This document shows positions 1-13,100 of a stretch of 64,000 bases of DNA, piece by piece. Position numbers and translations under genes: made by a program. A model generated the notes under the pieces. It saw nothing but the letters and a program-made list of their open reading frames with translations. It ran no database searches and was not told where the DNA came from. How positions within the stretch are numbered: the first letter of the stretch is position 1; every line of letters starts with the position of its first letter. The stretch is from Azolla caroliniana (lineage: Eukaryota; Plantae; Polypodiophyta), in assembly GCA_043228905.1 (NCBI GenBank), contig JBHGNT010000007.1:5270001-5334000 (forward strand), read 5' to 3'.

Positions 1-3000
1 ATCAAATGAAAGAACTTGGACACCTTGCCATAGTTGTGGTAAATCTGGAGCAAAGTAGATGTGTCCATGTTTGGCCTGGACCTCAATTTCAAGGGTCTCA
101 TCGATATTGGGGCTTATAATTTCCAAGCCTTTGATGCCCCTGCAATCCATATCCATATACATTAATTGTAATTATTTGAAAATGATGCTGCCAATGTAAT
201 TATTTTGAAAATACACAATCAGCCATAAAAATAACTCTAGCCCCTGAAAAATGATTGAGCAAATGAAATGATATTCCAATAAGACAATCATCCTACAAGA
301 ATAAAACTATTATAATAACCATGAATTGCCTACCTCTGGCTTGGAATCGACTGATCCTCCAATCCTATTAACACTTGAGGATTAGATACAAACTGTGGAA
401 CATATGCAAACACAGTAATGCTAACATCTCCATAGGCTATTTGATTCTTGAAGTCCATAATAGTATATATGAGGTTATCAATTCCCGTGAAGTTTACTTG
501 GGGAGTATAAACCAAAGAGCTTCCAACCACTTCGGCTTTTCCATAAAATGGGCCCTGTTTCACAGAATTATGGGGTCAAGCACAATGCATCACAAATACT
601 AGAACGAATTAGGGCATTACCAGATACTTTATTTTCTTGAATATGAATATAGCCTGAGTTCATATTATCCCATCAAACTGCTATCAGTGAGAGGTTGAAA
701 AATGGACGAATCTTTTGGTGGGATGTTCAAGTTCACTGATCCAAACTATTCAGTTTGGAAGTCTAAAATGAGGGACATGCTAGTGTGTAAAGATCTGTGG
801 TTGCCGGTGCAATATGGCAAGGACAGACCTGACAAGATAGATGCCCTCACTTGGGAATCCATGCATCTAAATGTAGCCGCATACATACTTCAATGATGAG
901 ACCGAAGTAGATGTATTGTGGAAGAAGATAGGAGGTATGTTTGAGACAAACAACACTTTGAATAGAGTTTCCGTCTTTAGGAAGATAGTGAGGTTGAGAT
1001 ATCAGGATGGCTCAAGCATGGCTGAGCACCTAAATGCCTTTCAAGGGTTGATTAATAAAACCATCTCTCTAGAAATACCTCTAGCTGATGAGGTATTAGT
1101 CTTGCTGTTGCTAGGCTCTCTTCCAGACAACTGGGAGACACTTGTGGTGACTTTAGGTAACTCAACACCTCAAGGCAAACAACTGACCCTAGACATGTTG
1201 AAGCCGAGTTTGCTGAATGAAGAAGCTCGATGAAAGGACAAAGAGTCCAACTTTGACCATAAGGACTTAATCATAGAAAGTGACTCTAGTAGAGGAAGGG
1301 GCAAGTAGAAAGGTCCCCAAAACAGGGACAAGTCCAGATCTAGGTCGACGTCCAAAGGAAGGCTCTTCCAGAAGAACCAGGGCACTTCCAGAAGAACTAC
1401 CGACACTATAGAAAGGACAAAGGGGGAGCTAAGGGTGTTGAGCCGAAAAAGATTTTGGACAACAAGAACACCTTAGACATTGCTGTGAGTGAGGAGGACA
1501 TGTTGTTCGTTAGTGAACAGAATTGTGTAAACCTTGCATATGGTGAGTCCACTTGGGCAGTTGACTCAGGTGCATCATTCCATCTGACTCCCAAGAGAGA
1601 ATGTTGCTCATCCTACATAGCTGGAGACTACGGATATGTGAAGATGGGAAATAAGCATGCTTGCAAAATCGTTGGAATTGGTAATGTGTGTTTGCTGACA
1701 TCTACAGGTTGCAGAATGTATGCCATGTTCCGGATATCAGACTGAATCTGATATCAGCCAGATGGCTAGACGATGAAGGATATAATGGTAGTTTTTAGAG
1801 GGGCATGTGAAAATTCTGCAAAGGTAATCTGATAGTGGCTCATGCCCAAAAGCAAAATACACTTACGTGATGCATGCACAACTGTGCCGGAATGAGGCAA
1901 ATGTAGCAACCGAAACAGCCGGTGAGTTTTGGCACAAGAGGCTCAGCCATATGAGTCAAAGGCGAATGCAGATGCTGGCTGAAAAGGAACTCCTGCCGGA
2001 GGTAAGAAATATGCATCTAGATAAATGTATTGTCTTCCTGGCCAACCAGCAAAACAGGGTTGCCTTTCACCCTAGGCCTCCGATGAGGAGGAAAGTTGCT
2101 TTGGAATTGGTGCACACAAATGTATGTTATGTTGATGCAAAGTCACATGCTGGTGCACAATACTTTGTAACGTTTATAAATGATTACAGCCGAAAGTTGT
2201 GGGCTTTTGACCAAGTGCTGTCCGTCTTCAAGCAATTCCAAGCAAGAGCAAAAAGGGAGTCTGGACAAAAGTTGACAGCTGTCCACACAGACAATGGGGG
2301 CGAGTACAGAGGGCAGCTAGAGGAGTACTGCCGATGCGAGGTGATTAAAATTGAGTATGCAAAACCCAAAACTCTTGAGCTAAATGGTATGGCCGAAAGG
2401 ATGAATAGAACAATCATGGAAAAGGTCCGATGTATGCAGTCACATGCCAAGCTTGGAAAGACCTATTGGGCTGAGGCGTTGATGAAGGCTATTTACATTA
2501 TAAACAAGTCTCCCTCAGTGCCACTTGATGGTGATGTCCCACAGAGGACATGGACAGGAAAAGATGTGTCCTACCGAAGATGTACATATGTCTAGCATAT
2601 GTACATGTGGCAAAGGACCAAAGATCAAAATTGGACAGCAAGTTCCGACCATGTATATTCTTGGGGTACTGTGAGGACTAATTTGGCTATAGATTATGGG
2701 ACCTAATACACAAGAAGGTCATCAGGAGCTGGGACATAGTCTTTATGGAGGATAAGACCATTGTTGACTGGGAAATGCAAAGACCAGGGTCATCCCACCA
2801 GCCGACCGACATATGGAAGCCAGCTGAAGCAGCCGAATCTGGATTGACTCATACAAGCTGAACAGAATACCAGCCGATCGACAACTGGCAGCCGGCTGAT
2901 GAGTATTGGGAGCCGGCTCATGTACATATTGAGCTGGCCGGCAGAAGGCAGCTGGCTGATGCACTGGAGGTGGCCGCCTCCGATGAAGCTGAATCAGATC

Positions 3001-6000
3001 CAGATGAAGGGCCGCCTATGGCAATTGAGCCAGAGCCAGCCTTTGATAGAAGAAGGTACCCCCTAAGGAGGAGAGCCCCTTGCCAATATCCAACCAGAGA
3101 GTATGTGTTGCTGACTGATGAAGGGGAGCCGGAATGCTTTGAGAAAGCAATGATTGATGCCCACAGAAAGGAGTGGTATTATGCCATGCAAGACAAAATG
3201 GATTCCTTGCATGAGACCCACACATATGAGCTGACTGAGCTGCTGAAAGGAAAAAAGGTACAGAGAAATAAGTGGGTACACAAATTGAAACTTAAAGAGA
3301 ACAGAAATCCACCTAGATACAAAGCCCGCATTGAGGTGAAGGGTTTCCAGCATAAAAAAGGTGTAGATTTCGATGCAATATTTGCTTTAGTGGTTAAGAT
3401 GACATCCATTAGAACTGTGCTAAACATTGCAGCCAACATGAACTTGGAGATAGAGTAGGTGGATGTCAAGATTGCTTTCTTGCATGGTGATCTAGAAGAA
3501 GAGATCTACATGCAACAACCTGAAGGATTTGAAGAAAGAAAGAAAGAAAGATATATTAACGTCTTTTAAGAGGCCAAAATGGCCTATAAGACCGAGTAAG
3601 AGATTACATCTTAAATGTTTTCTCGTCTTTGAGAACAAATCAAAATAAAGTAAATATTACACAGTAAATATAAAAGTAAATAAGATGAAAAGAAAAGAGA
3701 CGAGAGAATCTGGTTTTTGGCACATGCGAGATTCTCAAGTTAGGTGTATTGTAGCTTTTGTCTCCGAAAGATCTCTATCATAGGTCAATCCAGAATGGAA
3801 ATGTCTCCGAAGCGAGGGAAGCACCTACGATGGCGGGAGATAATGGCTTTTATTTGTCGATGACAAGGGTGTCGAGGTCGTGGTCCATGGCGCTGGGGCC
3901 TACGTGCACGGCAAATTGCCATTGCCCGATCAATCGTAACCCCTTTGTTATATCCTGGTCTGGATCCCATTTCTGTATCCTGGGGTTGACTTCTAGCATT
4001 AGGAGTGATGGAGCTAAAGAAAGTTGTGATTGTTCTTTGTGGATGAGCTTGTGTGGCTGTATTCTTCAACAACTTTTCCCGATGTCTCTTGAGCTCGAGC
4101 AAGAAAAGTCCTAGGCATCTTTGGTCCTCATATTCCATTACCTTGCGTAGTGGGCCAAAGCCTTGTTTAAAGAGGCAATGGTATCTCCCTTTGATTTCAT
4201 AAAAGACACCACAATGACAAACATAGTGTTCTTCAGATTCCACTCCTTGATGACACAATTGGCAAATTCTCTCTTCTAGAGGTAGTCGTGTATATCTGCC
4301 CACCTCAATCTGTAGCTGATGTGATGAGGTTCGCAGCTACCCTATCACACTACGCAGCGCATAGGATACATGTATGTCCATATAAGGTGGCCTTATGACA
4401 AATCCATCCTCCGATGTATGTAAGAAGTGTGTCTTATAGTGGGCCATCTTTGTACCAAGTGCTATTTTGGGGCTGATCCATGTTATCTTGTTTTCTAAGT
4501 TAATAATATCAGTTTGGATCACTCTATTCTTTTCCACTTTGGTCATATTGAGATGGGGACAATCCAAGCTATATTGGAACGGGGGTAGTGCATTTATACT
4601 CATGCCATGTGACTCGAACCATTGCTGCATTTCAGCATACCAACAGTGAGTGTCTCCATTTTCAGCCAATTGTCTTGATGACATAATTGCCAACCTTGGG
4701 TACCTTCGTTTAGGGAGCTCCCAAAGACGTTGGATAAATGTCACTGATCGGAACAATGCCTCGGTTATTATAGGTGCTGCTCCCATCTCTGCCCGGATTA
4801 TATCGTGGGGCACCGATGCTTTGCTCCTTATCATGCGAGCAATCATTGACACTAAAGGTCTCTCTAAATCTTTCCAATGATTTGCCTTGTTAAGACTCGG
4901 TTCCCATGTCTCTACTCCATAGAGAAGAGTTGGTGTGACAAGTGTATCAAATAACCACAGCTTAGTCCGTGGCTCTTGGAACTGCAAATGTGCACATTGT
5001 CTTTCGAGAGCACCCAGGGCTGCATATCCACAAGAAAGTCGGGCACAAGCGGCCTCTTGTAAGGAGAACCTAGGTCCTGTAAATGTTATTCCTAGGTATG
5101 TGTAGGAGCGTGTGTATTCCACCTTTTCCTCTCCCAAGAAGAATTCTGGTTCTGATCTTGTTACCCATGCTTGGGTGGTGTTAAACACCATCACTTTAGT
5201 TTTATTCATGTTGATTGACAAACCTTTGTCCGTACAAAATAGTTTTAAGGCATTTAGATGTCTTTGTAGTCCCTCCGGAGAGTCAGAGATCAGCACAATA
5301 TCATCAGCATATAGTAATATCTGTATAGCTATACCTGCTAGGTGTGCTCCGGAACCACCAAATCTCTCTATGTACTGTGATACCTCATCTATATAGAGAC
5401 CGAAGAGTGTGGGGGATAGTGGGCATCCTTGCTTCACGCCAATTGTGCTGGCCACCGCCTCTGACAATCCCTTAGGAGTGCATAGATACCCCATTGCATA
5501 TCTATAGGAACACCAATGGCCTCTAGCCACTGCATAAGCCGAGCACGTGGCACAGTGTCAAAGGCTTTTCGAAAATCCACAAAGCAGCAATAAATCCTCT
5601 TATTGTGGGCTCTGCCCTCCTCAATAAGGGCCCGGAGGGTGAATATGTGATCCAAAGTTGTGAAACCCTTCCGAAAGCCTGCCTGTCCAATTGAACGGCA
5701 GCCATTTTGCTCTGCCCATATACTCAATTCTGATTCCAGAATCGAGCCATATAGTTTAGCCAAGTAATGGCCAATCATGATTGTCCTATAGTTGCTTGGC
5801 ATCATGGGGTCTCCACTCTTAAGGATTGGCACAATGGTATGCTGAGTCCATCTAGTAGGAAAACCTTCGCACATGGCTCTATTAAAGATGCGTGCTAGCA
5901 ATGGGAGCAAGGTGTCACGGGCATAGATAAAGTGTTCACCCACCAAGCCATCATGATCTTGGGCCTTCCCGAATTGTAGCCTATCAATGGCATTTCTTAC

Positions 6001-9000
6001 ATTTTGTGGTGTAAAGAAGGTTGATTCATGTGGGCGTGAGGCATTCGGGTGGGGAAGAGGAGGTTGCCCCGGGGTATCATCTAGGACCTTTGCATATTCG
6101 TGCCACACCTGAGGTGAGGTCAGTTGTGTGGTGGGTTGCCTCTCATTAAACATTTTCCATGCTCTTTTACTCTCTCGTCCTAGAAACAAGCGATACAAAT
6201 GATCTTCAAATTTAGCCAAATACAATCTCTTCTTCCTCCTTACGAGGCGTTGGAAGGTTGCTCTCGCTTGGTTGTATGTATAAGTTATATCACGTTGCAA
6301 GCATCTCCTTGTATCACGACATTCATCATCATACCAACTATTTTGTATTACTCTACTGAGTTTGGGGGGGTTAGCCGTTGTGTGAGGGAAGGCTTTTGTG
6401 GCTGCTTTATGCAATGATTTGGATAAACCTTGGGTAAGTTCTTCAAGGGGTGCAAAAGGATCCAAATCTAGCATGCCATTGTATACACCACAACTATAGA
6501 CATCAATTGTCTCGCGAGTGAATAGATACCTAGCCAGCCCACTCTCCTTAGCATATACATTGTGCATCCATCCTTTACCTCAAAGCGTAGATATGCATGA
6601 TCAGCTGCCAAGCCAATAGGTCTTCCCGATATAGTGAACACTTTTATTTCAGGTATAAGAGATGGAGATCCCATTAGATAATCGACTGTGCTTGAGCCCC
6701 CTTTTGGGTTCCAACATGTCAAAGCATCTGATCCAGGCCATTGTGACAAGCCATTATATATCACAAGTCCATGCGCGCTTCCCAAGGCTAGAAAGTGTTT
6801 TCCATATTCAGTTATAGCACTCATATCTTGAGCTTTTCTCTTTAGACCAACCTCTTCCACCATAACTTCTCCATAGACAGCCTCGTCAGTGTTAAATATA
6901 GTTGTTTGTTCATCCTTGGTTCGTGCATTAAAATCTCCTAATAGTATTATATCCCCCATAGTAGCAAATCTTATGATATCATCATATAGTGGTAGATATG
7001 GTGATTCACCTAGAGGTGCAAACCTTGAATAGGCAGGTGGAAAGTAGCAAATTGCAATATATAGCTCCCTAAGATCCCCTCTTTTTATGCATATCCACAT
7101 GTAGCGTGCATCCACATCCTTATGTACAACATGCACTCTACCATGGAGCTCCTCTTTGTATAGCATAGCCACTCCTCCCGAACCTCTAGTGCTTCCTTGT
7201 GTCCGAGGTTGGGGGCGACATATTGACTCCTATCTGTATCCTTGGACCTCGGGGAGTTTGCTAGCCATACATTGGTGAGTCTCTATATACATAGCAATAT
7301 CTGTGTTTTTCAATGTATCTTCAAAATATCCGACATCTGTCCGTAGAGAGCCGTTGCAATTCTATATGGTCATGCGTAGGGTCTCATAGGCCATATATCG
7401 TCATGCGGTTCTCTTCTCTGTAATAATGACCTTGCCGTCTCTATATACGGCCCATTTACCTTCCTTTCTTGCATCAAGCACTCGTGGCATGTTTTCTTTG
7501 CGGTGTGCCACTTGGGCTGGAGTGAGATCGTCATCTAAGTATATCTTTTCACCCTTGAGTGCCTTTCGTTTAGAGAGGAAAGCTTTTTTCTTGTCAATAT
7601 CCATGAAGCGGATGATAAGGGCTTTAGCTCTAGACTCATCTCTTCCCACTCTCCACGCCGAAGAAAATGGAATATCCGATGCTCCAATCTTGGTTGCGAG
7701 ATTCTTGGCATCTTCTTGTGGACTTCCCTTTTCGGCCCAACCAACCACTCGTACATGCAATGCACGAGCTTTCCTCTTTGCTTCTTCTTCTAAAGTAGCA
7801 TTCATCATTGCCATCCTATCCATGGATGTTCCTTTTTGCTTTTTTACTACCTCTATCCAAGGAGCATTTGCTTTAATTTTGTTTTGGGCGTGCTCGGCTT
7901 GAGCTTTGGCATCTTTGGCGATGTTTGCCCATGTTTGCATTTCCTTCGTGACATTGGCTTTCACTGTAGAGATGCATCTTTCCACTGCTTCTTGTCCTTT
8001 TTCGAAATCCACTTTTATAGCTCCTAACTCAACCTTACTTGAGGATATTTCATCCTTAAGGTATTGTGTCATGTCATCCTTGAGCTCTAAGTGTGATTTC
8101 TCCACATGGCTTATAATGTCTTTCCGCATCTCTTCTAATAACTCAGCCTTGATAGAGGCGTACAATTCTTATTTCTGTTTCTCTATCTCCTTTTTCATTT
8201 CTTCCTTTAGTGCTATTTCGATATCTTCTCTAATACGGTTGATCTCTTGCGCAATCAAATGGCGTAAAAGATCATGTTTCCCATTTTCGACATCGAATGG
8301 AATGTCGGATGGGGCTTGCGTTCTAGGTTCCTTATGCGCCCTTCTGACACTATTCAGGTCCCGTCCTTTTCGTCTATGATAACTTCTTGTGGTCTTCAAT
8401 AGATCTAGACCCTCGTCATGCGTGTTAAGATCCATCTTTTCAGTGTTTGTCCCTTCGGACTCCATGGTGTGTTGAGGGCAAAAAGAATGGAAGTTACTAC
8501 GGGGCAGAAAGAATACAGGAACAGAGTTGGCAGAAGATACAGGAAATCAGATTAGGAAGAGAACGCACAAGATCAGGCATTGCAGAAAACACAGAGGACA
8601 GACATTTCAGAAAAGACAGACAGAGCCAAAACCCTAAACGCAAAGCATAAACCCTACAGAAAGAAAGAAAGAAAGAAAGAAAGATATATTAATGTTTTTT
8701 TAGAGGCCAAAATGGCCTATAAGACCGAATAAGAGAAAGAGAGCAGAAGGAAAAGAAAACCTGGTATGCCGGTTGAGAAAGAGCTTGTATGGGCTGAAGC
8801 AAGCTCCCCGGCAATGATATAAAAGTTCGAATCCTTCAAGGTAGATCATGGATTCCACAAAACACAAGCCGGCCATTGTGTTTTTGTGAAGAGATATGAT
8901 AGAAGAGATTTTATGATTCTCCTATTATATGCTGACGACATGCTTGTTGACGAATAGGATGTAAAGAAGATTGCAAGTTTGGAAAAGGCTTTGAGTAAGT

Positions 9001-10146
9001 CCTTTGCAATGAAAGATTTAGGTCCAGCAAAGCAGATATTGGGGATGCACATAGTTCGAGACAAGACAAAGAACATGTTATGGCTGTCATAGGAAAAGTA
9101 CATGACAAAGGTGCCCCAAAGATTCAACATGCAGAATGCCAAGCCAATCAGCTCGACATTGCCAACAATTGTAAGCTGAATGCAATCAATGTATAAAGAC
9201 CAAAAAGGATAAAGCTGAGACGAGGAAGATACCATATGTCTCAAATGTGGGAAGCCCGATGTATGCTATGGTGTGTACCAGGCCAGACATTGCATACGCT
9301 GTTGGAACTATAAGAAAGTACATGAGCAATCCCGGAAAGGAACATTGGGCTACAATAACGTGGGTACTCAGATACCTGAGAGGCACCTTGAGTGTTTGCC
9401 TCAGATACGGCTTAGGGAAACCTGTGCTTGAAGGGTGTACAGACTTTGATATGACGACTGATGCTGATTCCAGCCGATCTACATCTGGGTGACCTATGTA
9501 GGGGGGACCGTATCATGGCAAAATCTAGGTTGCAAAAGTCTATGGCTTTGTCAACCATAGAAGTTGAGTACATGGCGGCTGTAGAAGCCAATATGGAACT
9601 AATATGGATGAGAGATTTCATGAGTGAGTTAGGATTGAGGCAAGATCAGTTCCTACTTCACTGTGATGATCAAAGTGTGATCCACCTTGCTAAGAATGCT
9701 ACCTACCACTCTCGAACAAAACATATCCAGAGGAGATATCATTGGTTACGAGAAAGTGTGATCCACCTTGCTAAGAATGCTACCTCCCACTCTCGAACAA
9801 AACATATCCAGAGGAGATATCATTGGTAACGAGAGAGAATAGAAGAAAAGGAATTTACCCTTGTAAAGATCCATACAAATGATAATGGATCAAATATGCT
9901 GACGAAAGTTTTGTCTATGGATCAAATAGGCATGGTCGACTCTCCCATACAAGAGTGAAGGGGGAGTTTATTATGAAATGTTGTCCCTCCTTATGGGAGA
10001 AGAGCCGATTCGACTAGAGATCGATTCGGCTAAGAGCCGGCCGAGTATATGTGCCGGCCTGAGAGCCAGATAAAGGATTGAGAACCGACTATCTAGTTGA
10101 GGGCCAGCTAAGAGTTGGCTATCTGGCTAAGGACAAAAATGTAAAT

Positions 10147-10199
<53 letters not shown>

Positions 10200-13100
10200 T
10201 GTATAACCCTAGGCGTGTGAATCAGTGAGACAGAGATACATAATAGAGTAGAACTGAATAGAATAAGTGTGAGAGTGAGAGTGAGAACGATACAGTGAAA
10301 AAGGAGTGTGGACAGTGGTGTTAATCTGTCTGCTGAGACAAAGGCCTGTTCAAGGTTGTGGCCTTGACGGAACTGCCCTTTCCCTAGTCGGCTAGGAAAG
10401 CTGAGAATATATTTTGTACACACTTTGATAGTGATTTTGTTCTGGAGACAGTGGGGTCCCGTGGTTTTTTCCGATTAGGGTTTCCACATTAAATCTCTGT
10501 GCATTGTTTTTCTTGCCTTGTTGTTTTTCATTCCTGTTTGCTAGTCGGCTGAGTCTGAGTCCATATTATCCCGTGATTAATTACCACAGAGGTTGATTGA
10601 TAGATAATGACCCCTCTGAACACAACCAACAACTTTTATTCTACCACAAGCAACTATAACCAACACATTATGATTCCTATACCTTGCATAATGAAAGAAA
10701 ATTAAACTCAGGCAATCCAACTGAGGCGGACAATTGGAACAAGGCGGATATAATGGACAGGAGATAGAAGGGGCATCTGGCACATATCACAGTGCTAAAA
10801 TGACATTTCCTGAAACGGTCATATGACATGAGCTGGTACCAATTTGTACAACATAATACCCACACTGACTAACAGAAATCAAAATTTGATTGGAGATATA
10901 ACTCTCTGTCACCCTCCAGGCACTGGCCAAAATGAGCTCAACAAAGTTCTTCTGCCTTACTCCCTATCCTTCACCACATCAATGCCTCCCATCTGCCAAT
11001 TCTGCTTGCCCTCGAGCCTGCCTCACCCCTTATCTTCTGGTAGGGCGGTAAATCTCTTTAATACAGTCAACATATTTTCATTCTATGTGCCTTTGCAGAG
11101 GTTTTGCAGCAAGTAGATGTTCAGTATGTTGCGTTTCTGCAATAAGTGTTAAAGCTATATAATGTGCTTTACTTTCTATGCCAGCTTCTAAGATCATAAT
11201 AACAAAACTTTCATTTACTATTCGATCATGTATCTTTTAACATACAAATGTTCTAGGTTGGGTTATATACTTTGTTCATTCCATCAATTTCTTTATGAGG
11301 AAAGAACCTAAATAAGAAGAGCTTAATCAAAACCCCCTTAGTCACGTTCTAGGGGTAGAGTACAAGAGGATACCTTGCATACTCCTCCTAACTTCGGCGA
11401 GCCATATGAAACATAATCGTTTAATAAAGGATTGAATGAGACAAACTTGTTAATCCAAGACCAAACTTCATCCTTCATGGCAATCGGTTTATTCGAAACT
11501 GCCAACCATAATACAATTTAGGTAAGAGTTTCCATAATGGGTGTACACTAACAGAGCAAGCTGATAATAGAATGAGAGTATCAACAAAAAGAAAGCACCA
11601 GATTATAGAGACGAGGTGCATTTACACGGAGATAAAGTTTTCTTCCACATTCATCAATGTTTTATGAAAGACCCCAACTAGGTTCTGTCATCAATAAAAA
11701 TCCAAAAACAGATCGGGACTGCAAATAATGCATACCACTTACCATAAAAGGAAAGATCAAAGTTGAAGGTTGACTTCCCTTGATACAGGATAAGTTGAAC
11801 AGCCAGCCGAACATCAGTGGCAACATCGATATATGGAGTCTCACATTTTAGCGTCTCTTGTGATGTATTGAAGCTTCCTAAACGTGTCTCAATGTCACCA
11901 AAATTACAAGAGAAAGATATTATTTGCATCAGATTTTCCCCATATAAAGTTATTGTTGTATGTTCTTTTGCAGGTAGAAGCGTAGGTATCACATGGCTGA
12001 TTGAGACCGCTTCAGTACTACCTATTAAAAAAATAGTAAACATTTTATATGCAAGAAAATTTAAGAAGTTCATGTAGCATTTTGTTTCTCTCTTCTTTTC
12101 CAAGGATATCACATTATTTAAATGTGCAAATTACACAAAATACACAACTAGCATGAAACCTGGACCAGAGTAAAAGCACTTTAGAACCAACAAAAATGTG
12201 GGAAATAATAGGCATCACAGGAGGCCCTAAAATTGGCAGTGTAGTGAGGTTTACCACCATTAGGTTATGGAAATCATGTTTGCTGAGATTTGATGGCATA
12301 ATTTCAGGAAAAACAAACACAGGGCAAGATTCAGAGAAATTATAATAAATGGGGTAGGAGACGTTGGAAATCAGAAATGTTGTTTACCTGTTTCGCACAT
12401 TGTATTCCCAAGGTAGAGAGGTATAGAGCTCAATTTTCACATAGGAGACACTCAATCAAAAGGGTAGCTGGCTCTAAGCAGCTGTCTTTTTCATTGAGGA
12501 GCTTCGACCTCTCAAAGAGAACAGTACTATTCTAGACAGAGTTTGCAAATGTTGTGGATACTCTTAGGGAATTAACATGATATTTTTGTCTTCCTTCCTT
12601 TCTCCTCAAGGCACCTAGTGTCATAAGATTGTTGAAAACTTCGTACAAGCAACACAGAAAACTCTAATCATTTAAGGAAATACGAAGTTCCCAGCCTCTA
12701 ACCTTTGTTTTAAATATGCGAGATTACATTATAAGGAGCCAAATGATAATATAACAAGAAAACAGAACAAAACAAGTTCCGATTCACAATGTGCATCATT
12801 ATACCTTTCAAAACAACAAATTGATTTTGGCCAAAAATGTTGATGCCTTTATATGTTATGTTTATATTGTAAGTTCCATCTGTTTCCAACCGGAAAGGAA
12901 ACAAATATTTTCCATTATCCCCATCAAACGGGACCCCTGAATATATAAAAGAAGCCTTTGTGTTTATCAAGTCAACAGCAAACCCCTCTCCACCAGAAGT
13001 TCGATTATTTCCAAAAGAATCTTTAGCTTGAATGGTAAAAACTCCAGAAGTTCCAATTAGTACCCTGTCACTTGTACTGATGGTATACGTGCATTTCAAT

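Larger units (their letters stand above)
3535..8658 (-). mobile_element. Full-length two-ORF non-LTR retrotransposon (RTE-X-like LINE) nested in the copia-1 RT domain
   Basis: ORF1 plus ORF2 (APE endonuclease + RT). (CTTT)n tail at ~3535-3550. Copia RT reads QQPEGFE before it and [22 protein letters not shown] after ~8742. Clade assignment is by motif recall. Confidence 0.92.
651..10576 (+). mobile_element. Degenerate Ty1/copia LTR retrotransposon (copia-1) in GEX2-like intron 19, interrupted by a LINE; 5' LTR reduced to ~25 bp
   Basis: Broken gag-pol from ATG 702: [10 protein letters not shown] (protease), [10 protein letters not shown] and [20 protein letters not shown] (integrase), [10 protein letters not shown] and LLYADDML (RT), [11 protein letters not shown] (RNase H). 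PPT aagagtgaagggggag at 9951-9966; 3' LTR ~9969-10576. Its end (ctgagtccatattatcccgtga) matches 654-675 (ctgagttcatattatcccatca), which is followed by a degenerate tRNA-iMet PBS (tgctatcag). Many stops and frameshifts. Confidence 0.9.

Noticed and set aside
8169-8465. Separate LINE ORF0
   Set aside because: It is in frame with ORF1 across a single TAA and the coiled-coil continues, so it is treated as one mutated ORF1.
11078-11137. Additional GEX2-like exon after a good-looking acceptor
   Set aside because: Translation hits TGA after ~19 codons, and exons 11498-11374 and 554-334 already join in frame.
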